Source: Candidatus Woesearchaeota archaeon (GTDB lineage: Archaea; Nanobdellota; Nanobdellia; Woesearchaeales; GW2011-AR9). From it: a stretch of DNA of 64,000 nucleotides. The stretch spans positions 12,834-76,833 of the forward strand of contig JABHWJ010000033.1 in the NCBI GenBank assembly GCA_018657845.1, in the 5' to 3' direction. This document shows, piece by piece, positions 28,180 to 38,227 of this stretch. Position 1 is the stretch's first letter. The number at the start of each line of letters is the position of its first letter. The translations under genes and the position numbers were made by a program. Under the pieces are notes generated by a model. That model searched no databases and was not told the DNA's origin. It saw only the letters and a program-made list of their open reading frames with translations.

Positions 28180-29472
28180 TTAAAGCTCTTTTTTAACTAA
28201 ATCCATACACATCCCTGCAGCTACAGTAGTTCCAGAGTCACGAATTGCAAACCTAGACATCTGTGGGATTTCGCCGTTCTTCTCGATAACCAATGGTTGA
28301 ACTGGTATTAATCTAACAAGAGCAGCATCTCCATTTCTTAAGATGTCTTTGTTTTCGGTAACTTCTTCACCGGTAGCAGGATTAATCTTTTTCAAGATTT
28401 CTGCAAATCTACAAGCCACTTGTGCAGTGTGAATGTGGAATACAGGTGTATAACCAACAGTAACAACACTTGGGTGACTCATGATAACAATTTGTGCAGT
28501 AAATTCAGTAGCTACAGTTGGAGGATTGTCTGAAGGTCCTAATACGTCTCCTCTGGCAATATCTTTTTTACCAATTCCTCGTACGTTAAATCCTACGTTG
28601 TCTCCAGGTTCAGCTTTCTGAACTTGCTCGTGATGCATTTCAATAGTTTTACATTCACCGGAAATACCTTTACCTTCTCTTCCAGGTACAACTGTTACTT
28701 TATCTCCAATTTTCATTACACCGGTTTCGATTCTTCCAACAGGTACAACTCCGATACCAGTGATGTTATACACATCCTGAATTGGTAGTCTTAATGGTAA
28801 GTCGGTAGGTTTTTGTGGAACATCAAATTTGTCGATAGCTTGTAATAAGGTATCTCCATCCCACCAAGATAACTTCTCAGTTTTCTTAACTATGTTGTCT
28901 CCAGGTAGAGCTGCAAGAGGTAAGAATCTAATGTCGTCTACTTTCCATCCAGCCGGAGCTGCATGTTTTTTAACTTCTTCAACAACTTCTTTATATCTTG
29001 CTTCACTCCAGTCTACTCCAGAAATGTCCATTTTGTTAACAGCAACGATTAACTGTCCTACACCAAAAATCTTAGATAATTTCAAGTGCTCGATAGTTTG
29101 TGCATTTACACCATCGTTAGCAGCAACAACTAGAACTGCACAGTCTGCTTGAGAAGCGCCTGTAATCATGTTCTTAATGAAGTCTCTGTGTCCAGGAGCA
29201 TCGATAACTGTAAAATAATATTTGTCCGTATCGAATCTCTTGTGAGCTAGGTCAATTGTAACTCCTCTTTCCTGCTCTTCTTTTAAGTTATCCATAACGA
29301 AAGCGAATTCAAATCCACCTTTTCCAAGCTGTTCTGCCTTCTCTTTCAGTTTTCTCATTGCTTGCTCACCGATATTTCCAGAATCGAATAATAGTCTACC
29401 AACAGTGGTAGATTTACCGTGATCTACGTGACCGATAAACACTAAATTGATATGTTCTTTTTCTTTTGCCAT
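28180..29472 (-). CDS. tuf: Translation elongation factor 1-alpha (aEF-1alpha)
   Basis: '[27 protein letters not shown]', 'DAPGHRDF', 'NKMD'. The likely start is the internal Met at 29472 rather than the ORF start at 29529. Confidence 0.95.
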   Translation of the reverse strand: MAKEKEHINLVFIGHVDHGKSTTVGRLLFDSGNIGEQAMRKLKEKAEQLGKGGFEFAFVMDNLKEEQERGVTIDLAHKRFDTDKYYFTVIDAPGHRDFIKNMITGASQADCAVLVVAANDGVNAQTIEHLKLSKIFGVGQLIVAVNKMDISGVDWSEARYKEVVEEVKKHAAPAGWKVDDIRFLPLAALPGDNIVKKTEKLSWWDGDTLLQAIDKFDVPQKPTDLPLRLPIQDVYNITGIGVVPVGRIETGVMKIGDKVTVVPGREGKGISGECKTIEMHHEQVQKAEPGDNVGFNVRGIGKKDIARGDVLGPSDNPPTVATEFTAQIVIMSHPSVVTVGYTPVFHIHTAQVACRFAEILKKINPATGEEVTENKDILRNGDAALVRLIPVQPLVIEKNGEIPQMSRFAIRDSGTTVAAGMCMDLVKKEL

Positions 29473-29581
29473 TGTTAAATCCTCCTCGTATTCGAGTATT
29501 ATTATTACTTTGTTGTGTTTTATGATCATTTATAAAGCTTTTGGAAATTTTGTCTTAAAATTTTTAAAAAACAGAAAAAAA

Positions 29582-29815
29582 TCAATATTTAATTTGATTA
29601 ATTGAGTTAGATCTAAAATATCTCATCAATTCAGAAACAGAAACTCTATCTTCTTCTTTAATAACCGGTTCAAGATAATCACCACCAACTGTCATCCCTT
29701 TTGCATCAGAACCTAGTTTCGGTGGAATGGGGTAATCACTAACTTTCTGTTCCAAACAACCAGGTGTTAAAACAATAGTTGTTGCTGCCCCCAATGCTAT
29801 TAAGTAACGAATCAT
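29582..29815 (-). CDS. Small lipoprotein-like protein
   Basis: 77 aa; signal ending 'LTPGC'. Confidence 0.35.
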   Translation of the reverse strand: MIRYLIALGAATTIVLTPGCLEQKVSDYPIPPKLGSDAKGMTVGGDYLEPVIKEEDRVSVSELMRYFRSNSINQIKY

Positions 29816-29885
29816 AATCTAAGAACAATTTTTCTACTTTTAAGTGTTGTGGAAAAACAAAATATAAGAAACTTAACAATTAATC

Positions 29886-31097
29886 TCACAATTCTCTTCT
29901 AAACATCTTACGTTTATACCTTCCCCCTGGTAACATCTCAGTTCTTGCTTCTACAAACTGTTGATAGTCTCTTGGTTTAGAAGATAGTTCTGATTGGGTA
30001 GATACTGAAGAATAAACTGGAGCACCAATCTCAACTGGTCTTTCTGCGCCCAAAGATGTTCCTAATGCAGAGATTAACCTGCCCAAGTCTCTTTCTCTTG
30101 GACTTACAGAAAGATTAAATAAAATGGCTTCACGGACAGATTCAGGAACACCTTTTCCAATCATTGTTTCTTCAGCCACATCAAAAATTATGGAATTCTC
30201 TCCTTCATTTGCAATTGTAGGTGCAACAATCATTCCTGTCGTTAAATAAAGATCAGTAGTAGTTTTTGAAAAAATATCACTTGGAATTGAAGAATCTTCA
30301 AAAAATGTTTCGGGAGCAAAATAGTCTAGAGTCCCAATCTTGGGCAGAGCATTTGCAAAACTAACTACAAAAGATCTCTCATTGGCTTCACGGAAAGAGA
30401 GCCTATACAAATCAGATCCAGTAACTCGTGAATTACCAAAATCCGTAACTGTGGTTCTTTGTCCATCAGACATAATATTCTTAGGAGTTATATCTCCATG
30501 AATAACGTTCTCTTTGTGAATTTTTTGAAGAGTTAATGCTGAATCATAAGATATTTTCAATGCAGATTCTAATGTTAATCCTTTCTCTACTAAATCATAA
30601 GTTGGTTCTCCTGGGGCTTCATCCATTTCTGTCGACATGAAAATATATTTATCAACGACAGTAAATTTCCTATCACGATATGAAACTACTCCTTCAACAC
30701 CCTGTAATGATCGTAAAATTACTCCTTCAATAATTCCTCCCACTACATGTAAATGGTCTGATTTTGAAAGTGTGAAATCAATCGACTGATCACCTTCTTG
30801 TAACCTATAACTCTTCCCACCAAGATGGTCTATCCTAACATTGTGGTGTACTCCCTCAAGTGGAACTAATGGTTTTTTACTAAATGCTAAAACTTTACGT
30901 ACGCCACCATAAGGACTTTTAGTTATTACACCAAACGAACCGGAATCACGACATTGTCCAAATACAGTTTCAAATGTTCTTTGATCTATAAGTTTAGTTG
31001 GATCAGGAACTGTATACCTTACTCCATGTGACTTAACTAAGGATCCTATTTCAGTTTGTTGTAAACCAGATCTTGTCATTTGATATTTCTTCCTCAT
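29886..31097 (-). CDS. Eukaryotic-like protein-kinase-fold protein (atypical ePK) with a novel ~170-aa N-terminal domain
   Basis: Catalytic loop 'VIHGDITPKNIM' (HxD...N) and 'VTDFGNS' (DFG motif) in the C-terminal half. Confidence 0.6.
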   Translation of the reverse strand: MRKKYQMTRSGLQQTEIGSLVKSHGVRYTVPDPTKLIDQRTFETVFGQCRDSGSFGVITKSPYGGVRKVLAFSKKPLVPLEGVHHNVRIDHLGGKSYRLQEGDQSIDFTLSKSDHLHVVGGIIEGVILRSLQGVEGVVSYRDRKFTVVDKYIFMSTEMDEAPGEPTYDLVEKGLTLESALKISYDSALTLQKIHKENVIHGDITPKNIMSDGQRTTVTDFGNSRVTGSDLYRLSFREANERSFVVSFANALPKIGTLDYFAPETFFEDSSIPSDIFSKTTTDLYLTTGMIVAPTIANEGENSIIFDVAEETMIGKGVPESVREAILFNLSVSPRERDLGRLISALGTSLGAERPVEIGAPVYSSVSTQSELSSKPRDYQQFVEARTEMLPGGRYKRKMFRREL

Positions 31098-31210
31098 TTA
31101 AAAAAGGGAATATACTTTGCCCCAGTTTCTTTTATAAAACTTCCTATTTACTGGAACATATATGTTACAGAAGTAGTTATTGAAATATAATAAAAAAAGA
31201 AATAAAAAAA

Positions 31211-33406
31211 CTAAGCACCCAATGATCCTTCACTCAAACCTTTTCTGCTAACAATTTGGTTCCGAACTTTATCCTGTAATTCTCCAGGTAATCGTTCAAA
31301 GCTCTGATCCATCAAAGAACTGTTTCCACGTCCACCCGTAGCACTTCGTAAGTCATTACTCCAACCAAACATTTCTGCAACTGGCATCTTTGCTTGAATA
31401 ACAGTTATGTCTCCTTCTTGGTTCATGTCCAATAGCTGTCCTCTTTTAGAACTAACCAATTTAGAAACTTCTCCCATGTGGACATTAGGTGTTTCTATCC
31501 TCAGGACTTGTAATGGTTCATACAAGATAGGTGCAGCCTGCATCATAGCTCCCTTGATACTTTCTCTAACAGCAGGATAAATCTGAGCTGGGCCTCTGTG
31601 AATAGTGTCTTCATGTAACTTCACATCTTTCAAACGCACAACTACATTTACACACGGCTCTTTAGCTAATGGGCCAGCTTTCATAACATCTTCAAAAGTA
31701 TCTAAGACCATTTCCATAACCTCATTAATATGAACAACCCCTCTTGTTTCCTCGAGTATGATATTTCCATTGATCATTCCTTTGACATTACCTGCACTTT
31801 TTGCATCCCAACCAATACTTCTAAAAGCCGCCACTACTGTTTCGTCCTTTTTCTTGTATCTTCCTTGGGAAATCTTATTCTCCTTAATTATCTCAGCAAT
31901 ATCTTCTGGCATTGGCTCAACAATCATGTAAAATTTATTGTGTTTATTTGGAGATTTTCCTTCTATTTCAGGACTTTCCTTAGTAATAGTTTCTCTATAT
32001 ACCACGATTGGTGAAGAGGTTTTAATTTCAACTCCTTTTTCACTTCTAATTCTGTTTTCAATGACTTCTAGGTGTAATTCACCCATACCATGCATTAAGT
32101 GTTCTCCTGTTTCTTCGTTAATCTCAACAACAATAGTTGGATCTTCTTTTTGTACTTGACGAAGAACTTCAATTAATTTAGGTAAATCTGCAGGTTTAGT
32201 AGCTTCAACTGCTTTGGTAACTACTGGATCAAAGATATGTGAAATCTTCTCAAAAGGTTCTGCTTTTCCTCCAGAAGTAACAGTTTCTCCTGGCATTCCT
32301 GATTTCAATCCCGCCACCCCAATAATATTTCCTGCAGGGACATTGTCAACAATTTCTCTTTTTGCCCCATTGTAAACATATACTTGTTGAACCCTTCCAG
32401 GAGAGTTAGCCATATTCAAGAAAACTTCTTCTCCCTTTTTCATTGTTCCACCAAAAAGTCGTCCAGCAGCAATTTCTCCCGCTTGTGGATCAACAACAAC
32501 TTTAGTGATTACAAAAAATAATCGTCCATTAGGATCACATTCGATCAAAGATTTTCCTTCGGCACTTTCTAAATCTCCATGCCATAATCTTGGAATTCTA
32601 TACTTTTGGGCTTGCACTGGGTCAGGGCTATGTTCAATAACCATGTCCAAAACTACTTCGTGAATTGGTGCCTTCTTGGCCAAAGCTTTAACTTTTTCTT
32701 TAATCTCTTCTTCAGTCCCACTATAGGCATCAATAATATCTTTGAAAGAAACTCCTTTCTTCTGCATGTAAGGTAATGAAATTCCCCAATTATGAAAAGC
32801 ACTTCCAAAAGCAACTGTTCCTTTTTCAATACTAACTTGCCATTTTTCTTTATACTCTTCTGGTGCAACACTTTTAATCATCCGATTTACTTCAGTAATA
32901 TATTTAACAAATCTCTGTTGCATCTGTTCTGGAGTTAACTTTAATTCCTTGATTAATCGGTCAGTTTTATTGATAAACAAAACTGGCCTAACCAGTTCTT
33001 TTAGAGCTTGTCTTAATACTGTTTCAGTCTGTGGCATTGCTCCTTCAGAAGCACAAATTAAAACGATTGCTCCATCTACTGCCCTCATTGCTCGAGTTAC
33101 GTCTCCACCAAAATCAACGTGACCTGGAGTGTCAATTAAATTAATTAAAAATTCTTTTTCATCTACATTATGGACCATAGAAACGGATGCAGAATCGATA
33201 GTAATTCCTCTTTCCTGTTCGTCTTCATGAAAATCTAAGTTTCTTGCCTTACCTGCAAGCTCTTCACTCATCATTCCAGCTCCTGCTAATAAATTATCAG
33301 AAAAAGTTGTTTTTCCGTGATCAATATGTGCACAAACCCCAATATTTCTAATCTGTTCGGGACTACCTGCAAGTCTCATTACCTTATCTGTCATTTTCTC
33401 TGCCAT
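31211..33406 (-). CDS. fusA: Translation elongation factor 2 (aEF-2)
   Basis: 'NIGVCAHIDHGKTT', 'DTPGHVDF', and the diphthamide-site region 'HEDTIHRGPAQIYPA'. Confidence 0.95.
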   Translation of the reverse strand: MAEKMTDKVMRLAGSPEQIRNIGVCAHIDHGKTTFSDNLLAGAGMMSEELAGKARNLDFHEDEQERGITIDSASVSMVHNVDEKEFLINLIDTPGHVDFGGDVTRAMRAVDGAIVLICASEGAMPQTETVLRQALKELVRPVLFINKTDRLIKELKLTPEQMQQRFVKYITEVNRMIKSVAPEEYKEKWQVSIEKGTVAFGSAFHNWGISLPYMQKKGVSFKDIIDAYSGTEEEIKEKVKALAKKAPIHEVVLDMVIEHSPDPVQAQKYRIPRLWHGDLESAEGKSLIECDPNGRLFFVITKVVVDPQAGEIAAGRLFGGTMKKGEEVFLNMANSPGRVQQVYVYNGAKREIVDNVPAGNIIGVAGLKSGMPGETVTSGGKAEPFEKISHIFDPVVTKAVEATKPADLPKLIEVLRQVQKEDPTIVVEINEETGEHLMHGMGELHLEVIENRIRSEKGVEIKTSSPIVVYRETITKESPEIEGKSPNKHNKFYMIVEPMPEDIAEIIKENKISQGRYKKKDETVVAAFRSIGWDAKSAGNVKGMINGNIILEETRGVVHINEVMEMVLDTFEDVMKAGPLAKEPCVNVVVRLKDVKLHEDTIHRGPAQIYPAVRESIKGAMMQAAPILYEPLQVLRIETPNVHMGEVSKLVSSKRGQLLDMNQEGDITVIQAKMPVAEMFGWSNDLRSATGGRGNSSLMDQSFERLPGELQDKVRNQIVSRKGLSEGSLGA

Positions 33407-33538
33407 AGTATATTCACCTTGTTATTTTGTTTTAATTATTAGTAGTAGAAACTTTTCTCTGGTCCTTTTTAAGTTTTTTGTTGGTTTCTTACTATTTCTA
33501 TCAAATTTATAAGAATTAAGAATAACAAAGAAATAAGA

Positions 33539-34057
33539 TTACAACTCAGATAATCTCTTGCTAAGAAGACTTTTAATTTGTCTAGCAACACCCTGAGCTT
33601 GTTTTTCTACATTTTTTAACAAATAACCTTGAGCAATTGACGGAAACAATTCAGAAGCTGTATTATCTCCATTATACACTCCGATTAGTTCATATACTCC
33701 CATTTCAACACGACCAACAATCCCTCCTTCTTCGTCTCTCTCATAATGACTAATTGTAGAAACTTGATGTTCCCAAGCAATACGCTCACCATTTTGGCCT
33801 TTACTAGCGGCTTGTTTTGCATTTTCTTCTTCTGTTCTATTAATAACTCCTACAGATTCCACCAATGCATTACTAACAGCTTGCTCTAGATCTCCTTCAC
33901 CAACAACAGAAACTAAGATGCTTTTCCCATGAGTCTCATAAGGAACCACAATTTTATCTTGTACACTATATCTATGTTCTTCAAAAAGGGGTTGAACGTA
34001 TTGATCAAATCCTTCCAATGTAAGATCTTGTCCGATTAAAAAATTTCCAGATGCCAT
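33539..34057 (-). CDS. Hypothetical protein (172 aa)
   Basis: ORF only; no motif recognised. Confidence 0.45.
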   Translation of the reverse strand: MASGNFLIGQDLTLEGFDQYVQPLFEEHRYSVQDKIVVPYETHGKSILVSVVGEGDLEQAVSNALVESVGVINRTEEENAKQAASKGQNGERIAWEHQVSTISHYERDEEGGIVGRVEMGVYELIGVYNGDNTASELFPSIAQGYLLKNVEKQAQGVARQIKSLLSKRLSEL

Positions 34058-34104
34058 TTTATACTCCAGAAGTCAGTCACTTTTTAAACTTTTCTTAATA
34101 ATAA

Positions 34105-34383
34105 TTAAAACGGTTTATACTTAGAACTCCGATTACATTTGTAAAAACTAACATAATGTCTAAACAACGGATCTTTAGAATCGCCACATCTAATTTCCAC
34201 CCTCGAACCTAAAAAACTACAAAGTAATGGCTCCTTCTGATTACTCGGATAAAAGTAAGTGCAGTACATACAATTGCCCCCTCTTTTTTCCTTACCTCCG
34301 TTTTGGTAAGTCCCCCACTTAGTACATTTATCTACTTCTTCGTCCATTCGTTCTTCTAGACATTTAGACATCTTCTCCTCCAA
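34105..34383 (-). CDS. Small Cys-rich protein (92 aa, 10 Cys)
   Basis: ORF with multiple CxxC-like pairs. Confidence 0.35.
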   Translation of the reverse strand: MEEKMSKCLEERMDEEVDKCTKWGTYQNGGKEKRGGNCMYCTYFYPSNQKEPLLCSFLGSRVEIRCGDSKDPLFRHYVSFYKCNRSSKYKPF

Positions 34384-34518
34384 TAAAAAAACCTAGAATA
34401 ATCTAAGCCTTTAGCAACTTTAGAAAAGAAAATTGAGTATATAAGTTTTCCTAACTAGAAATATCTCAAAAAGAAATACATAATCACAAGAATAAAAAAG
34501 AAATAATAAAATAAAAAA

Positions 34519-35160
34519 CTAACTTTCAATAACTTTAAAGATTCGGTCCAGAATCTCTTCCTTGTGTTTTCCAAAGTCTTCATTAACAGTTACTTCTTTC
34601 AACAAACCCTTCTCTTGATAATAACCAATCAAAGGAGCAGTTTGTTCTTCGTAAACTTTTAATCTTTCCTCAATAACTTCGGGAAGTTCATCAGATCTTT
34701 GTACTAATTTTCCACCACACTTGTCGCAAACACCTTCTTGTTTTGGTGGAATGTTTACAACATGAAAGATTGCTGCACAGTTACTACAAGTTCTTCTTCC
34801 AGTCAAACGTTGCATGATTACCTCTTTATCAGCTTTGAAATTGAGTACTAAATCAATTTCAGAAAATTCAGATAATGCCTCTGCTTGTGGAATAGTTCTT
34901 GGAAAACCATCCAAAATAAATCCGTTTGGTGTATCTTCTCTACCCAAACGTTCTTTCATCATTCCAATCGTAACTTCATCGGGGACTAATTTGCCAGAGT
35001 CAATAATCTCTTTAGCTTTTTTTCCTAGTTCGGTTTCGTTTTTAATATTCTCTCTGAACAAATCTCCAGTGGAAATACTCAAAACATTATATTTCTTAGT
35101 AATCTCTGCAGCATAAGTTCCTTTTCCTACGCCCGGACTTCCTAATGCAATTATTTTCAT
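34519..35160 (-). CDS. adk: Adenylate kinase with a zinc-binding lid
   Basis: P-loop 'LGSPGVGKGT'; lid 'CSNCAAIFH...CDKCGG'. Confidence 0.85.
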   Translation of the reverse strand: MKIIALGSPGVGKGTYAAEITKKYNVLSISTGDLFRENIKNETELGKKAKEIIDSGKLVPDEVTIGMMKERLGREDTPNGFILDGFPRTIPQAEALSEFSEIDLVLNFKADKEVIMQRLTGRRTCSNCAAIFHVVNIPPKQEGVCDKCGGKLVQRSDELPEVIEERLKVYEEQTAPLIGYYQEKGLLKEVTVNEDFGKHKEEILDRIFKVIES

Positions 35161-35171
35161 TTTTATTCACC

Positions 35172-35753
35172 TCAATATTTATGCATAACTTTCCATCTTT
35201 CCTTTTCCCAGGAAAAAATTTCTTCAGGTGTAAACCACAACCCAATTTCATTTTCAGCTTCCTCTTTATTTCCAGAAGCATGAACTAAATTTCTTAATGG
35301 TCTTCCTAACTTATCAGCCATACCATAGGATTCGGTACTGAAATCTCCTCGGATAGTTCCAATAGGTGCACCTTTTGATTCAGCAGGACCAACAATTTTC
35401 CTACCAACTTCAATTGCATGAAAACCTTCCCAAATCATTGCCACAACCGGGCCTTCAGTCAAGTATTTCATATTCCAATTTTTAACACGAGTAGCAATTT
35501 CTTCATTAGTTTCTTTTACCTCTGCCCCTCTAGAAGCGGCAGCTTTTCGGGTATTTTCTCCTAATTTTTCAATAAAAGCTGGAGTTAACACATAGTGTTT
35601 ATCTGCAATTGCTTCTGTCGGTAAAACCATTTTCATGGCAACTAACTTTAATCCCCTTTGTTCAAATCTTTTAAGAATCTCTCCAACCAATCCACGTTGT
35701 ACTCCATCGTGTTTAACTGCAATAAATGTTTGTTCAATTAATTCTTTTACCAT
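35172..35753 (-). CDS. ndk: Nucleoside-diphosphate kinase with a ~40-aa insertion
   Basis: 'EQTFIAVKHDGVQRGLVGEIL' and active-site 'NLVHASG...EIGLWF'; 193 aa versus the typical ~150. Confidence 0.8.
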   Translation of the reverse strand: MVKELIEQTFIAVKHDGVQRGLVGEILKRFEQRGLKLVAMKMVLPTEAIADKHYVLTPAFIEKLGENTRKAAASRGAEVKETNEEIATRVKNWNMKYLTEGPVVAMIWEGFHAIEVGRKIVGPAESKGAPIGTIRGDFSTESYGMADKLGRPLRNLVHASGNKEEAENEIGLWFTPEEIFSWEKERWKVMHKY

Positions 35754-35766
35754 TTTTTAAGACCTC

Positions 35767-36078
35767 TCATTTAAGTGATTCTTTTAACCATTCTTTAGCT
35801 TCTTCATTAATCTGCTCAACATCAAAAACTTCTATTACTGGCAAATCATAAGAATGAAGTGATTTTATTTTCTCAACAACTTTTTCAACAGAATCTTCAT
35901 TTGTCTTGATCCAAAGAGTGATCTCTTTTCCCCTCTCTATTTCTCCTTTCCAAACAAATCTACTGTTAACTGGCCACCAATTGATACAGGCCGCCAGCTT
36001 TTCTTCTAACAGTAATTTCATGATCTCTTCTGCTTTACTTTCGTCATCAATACAAGTAGATACTATCTTGAGATTCAT
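35767..36078 (-). CDS. cutA: CutA1 divalent-cation tolerance protein
   Basis: 'KLAACINWWPVNSRFVWKGEI' is the characteristic CutA core. Confidence 0.7.
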   Translation of the reverse strand: MNLKIVSTCIDDESKAEEIMKLLLEEKLAACINWWPVNSRFVWKGEIERGKEITLWIKTNEDSVEKVVEKIKSLHSYDLPVIEVFDVEQINEEAKEWLKESLK

Positions 36079-36260
36079 TTCTTTTTATGTTCATTTCTGA
36101 AAAGTTCTGTCCACCTTATTCTTAATGGTTTCCTCTTCAGTTTCAATGTATTCTTCTCACATTTACTAGAACAAAAGTTAAAGACTTTTCCATTAGTAAA
36201 TACAAAAATCTTACCTGTTCCTTTCTTGATTGATTCTCCACAAAAATTGCATCTTGGCAT
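36075..36260 (-). CDS. rpl24e: Ribosomal protein L24e
   Basis: 'MPRCNFCGESIKKGTGKIFV...FCSSKC' zinc-ribbon motif of L24e. Confidence 0.75.
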   Translation of the reverse strand: MPRCNFCGESIKKGTGKIFVFTNGKVFNFCSSKCEKNTLKLKRKPLRIRWTELFRNEHKKK

Positions 36261-36270
36261 ATTAGTTCAC

Positions 36271-36564
36271 CTATTTCTTGCCGCCTTTTCTTCGGCCGCC
36301 ACCGATTCTCTGTGCTTCAATTTCGGTTTCTGTAAGCATTAATGTGTCTCCGATTCTTACTGGGCCTTTGACATTTCTTCTAATTGTTTTATTCTTGTCT
36401 CTCCCATCTAAGATCTGACATAACACTTGAGTAATTTCTCCTCGACTTCCAGCTCTTGCAACGATTTCTTTTACTTCAGCAGGGACCGCACGAAAGAATT
36501 CAATCTTACCTTCTACTTTACTTTCGGACTTGTCATGCTTTTTGTCCATCATCTGTCGAGCCAT
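36271..36564 (-). CDS. rps28e: Ribosomal protein S28e
   Basis: '[49 protein letters not shown]' is the S28e OB-fold consensus. Confidence 0.8.
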   Translation of the reverse strand: MARQMMDKKHDKSESKVEGKIEFFRAVPAEVKEIVARAGSRGEITQVLCQILDGRDKNKTIRRNVKGPVRIGDTLMLTETEIEAQRIGGGRRKGGKK

Positions 36565-36565
36565 T

Positions 36566-36916
36566 TTATTCCTCTTTCTTCTCAGAAGATTTTCCTAATC
36601 CTGCAATAAGAGTTTTAGCTTCTCCTTCTTTTACTACAGCTACTGCACTACATCCAACTCCTAAACCTGCAGCTGCTCCTAATTCATCTTTTTTGCTTAT
36701 TTCAAAACAAAGAATATTTTTATCCTTGCATAACAAAGGCAAGTGCATGATAACTTCTTTTGGAGAAACGTCTCCTGCGTAAAGAACTAACTTTGCATCT
36801 CCTTTCTCAATGGATTTGGTAGCTTCGTTAGATCCTTTTCTTATTTTGCCAGTCTCTCTAGCAATTTCAACAATTTCTAATAATTTTGCTTCATCAGCCA
36901 TTTTTATTAACCTCAA
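36566..36916 (-). CDS. rpl7ae: Ribosomal protein L7Ae (K-turn binding)
   Basis: '[30 protein letters not shown]' L7Ae/L30e signature; conserved S28e-L7Ae pair. Confidence 0.85.
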   Translation of the reverse strand: MRLIKMADEAKLLEIVEIARETGKIRKGSNEATKSIEKGDAKLVLYAGDVSPKEVIMHLPLLCKDKNILCFEISKKDELGAAAGLGVGCSAVAVVKEGEAKTLIAGLGKSSEKKEE

Positions 36917-37031
36917 TTAAATTTATTTAGTAACAAAGAATTATCCATGTTACCTCCTTGGTTCACCAAGTCATTGGTATACACCCTAGAACAGCACCTT
37001 ATTTATAAATGTTTATGTTAAAATTAATTGC

Positions 37032-37721
37032 TTACCCTTCCTTAACCAGCTTATCAAACCACTTAGTATCAAAGTCAGGAAAGTCCTTTTCAGTATAAAT
37101 TAACTTTGCTCCCACTGAATCCCACAAGAAAAATGAGTCTTGCCTTACCTCTCCACTATGGACCATCATATCTGGGGGTGCAAAATAAGAAGTATACAAG
37201 TTCTCTTTGATTGTATCTCTATTAATAAAATCTGGATCTAATTTCCCAGATACAATCTGTTTAGCCATAATTCTAAACGCATCAACTAATTCATCTTGAC
37301 CATCATAATTAAAACACAAATTCAAAAAGAATTGATCATAGCCTCTTGTTTCTTCAATTAATTTTTTTAGTGGTTGAATCAACTCGGAAGGAAGATCATA
37401 CCACTTCCCCAATAAACTCACCCTTACTTTATGTTCATTTAAAAAATTCTTCAAGAAATCACCTTCAATAAACTCTTTCAAAACCAAAAATAATTCTTTT
37501 CGTTCTTCTTGTTGTAGATGTAATATTAATAGACTTAAAATTGGAATTCCTCCTTCGACTTGAGTCCTCATCACTTCTTTAATCTTAGAAAAACTTCTTA
37601 AGTAACCATCTTCTAAACTAACTTTATTCTCACCACACCAATCTTTAACTCCTTTAGTACCTATGGCAATATGTAAGAATCTAGCCCTACTTTCTTCTTT
37701 CTTCTTCCAAAAAGGGAACAT
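37032..37721 (-). CDS. uppS: Cis-prenyltransferase (undecaprenyl/ditrans-polycis-prenyl diphosphate synthase)
   Basis: 'HIAIGTKG', 'NLCFNYDGQDELV', 'HSGEVRQDSFFLWDS...FPDF' conserved blocks. Confidence 0.8.
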   Translation of the reverse strand: MFPFWKKKEESRARFLHIAIGTKGVKDWCGENKVSLEDGYLRSFSKIKEVMRTQVEGGIPILSLLILHLQQEERKELFLVLKEFIEGDFLKNFLNEHKVRVSLLGKWYDLPSELIQPLKKLIEETRGYDQFFLNLCFNYDGQDELVDAFRIMAKQIVSGKLDPDFINRDTIKENLYTSYFAPPDMMVHSGEVRQDSFFLWDSVGAKLIYTEKDFPDFDTKWFDKLVKEG

Positions 37722-37746
37722 TTAATGTAAAATAATTAAAAAATAT

Positions 37747-38193
37747 TTAAAAGTTACTAGAATCTTGCTTATCTTTTACTCCTTGGTGTATGGTTGTAAC
37801 TGTTTTTCTAACTGATATAGCACATAATCCGACCGGACCTAAAACCTTAACAATGGGGCAATTCCCTGGACCGCTGTAGGAATGTCTCACATCATCTATT
37901 AATGGAATAACGCTCTCCTCGACATATGCCGGATTCAGGTTTTCCACTTCCCTCACTATTTCGGATAACTCACTAACGTCCGTTCCTAATGGGAGAATAT
38001 GCCAGTGATTGGTTAATGCTTGATAACCTTGATTTAAATGTACTTTTGCTTGTTCCACAGTTTGTTGGGTTCCTCCCGCAACATAATCTTTCAAGAGATC
38101 TACGGCATCGTTCAAACTAGCTGTTCCCTCTAAAACACCAAAAAAACTGTCTACTCCCTTGTAGGTCAAGTAACCAGATACTAGAGTCGCCAT
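37747..38193 (-). CDS. Hypothetical protein (148 aa)
   Basis: ORF only. Confidence 0.4.
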   Translation of the reverse strand: MATLVSGYLTYKGVDSFFGVLEGTASLNDAVDLLKDYVAGGTQQTVEQAKVHLNQGYQALTNHWHILPLGTDVSELSEIVREVENLNPAYVEESVIPLIDDVRHSYSGPGNCPIVKVLGPVGLCAISVRKTVTTIHQGVKDKQDSSNF

Positions 38194-38227
38194 CCCCCAC
38201 CCTAATGTTTTTTTTTACATCCATTTT

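Noticed and set aside
31580-31640. EF-2 'HRGPAQ' as evidence that the diphthamide target was lost
   Set aside because: The His is retained, and HRGPAQ is the normal archaeal context. Only the dph2 truncation is reported.
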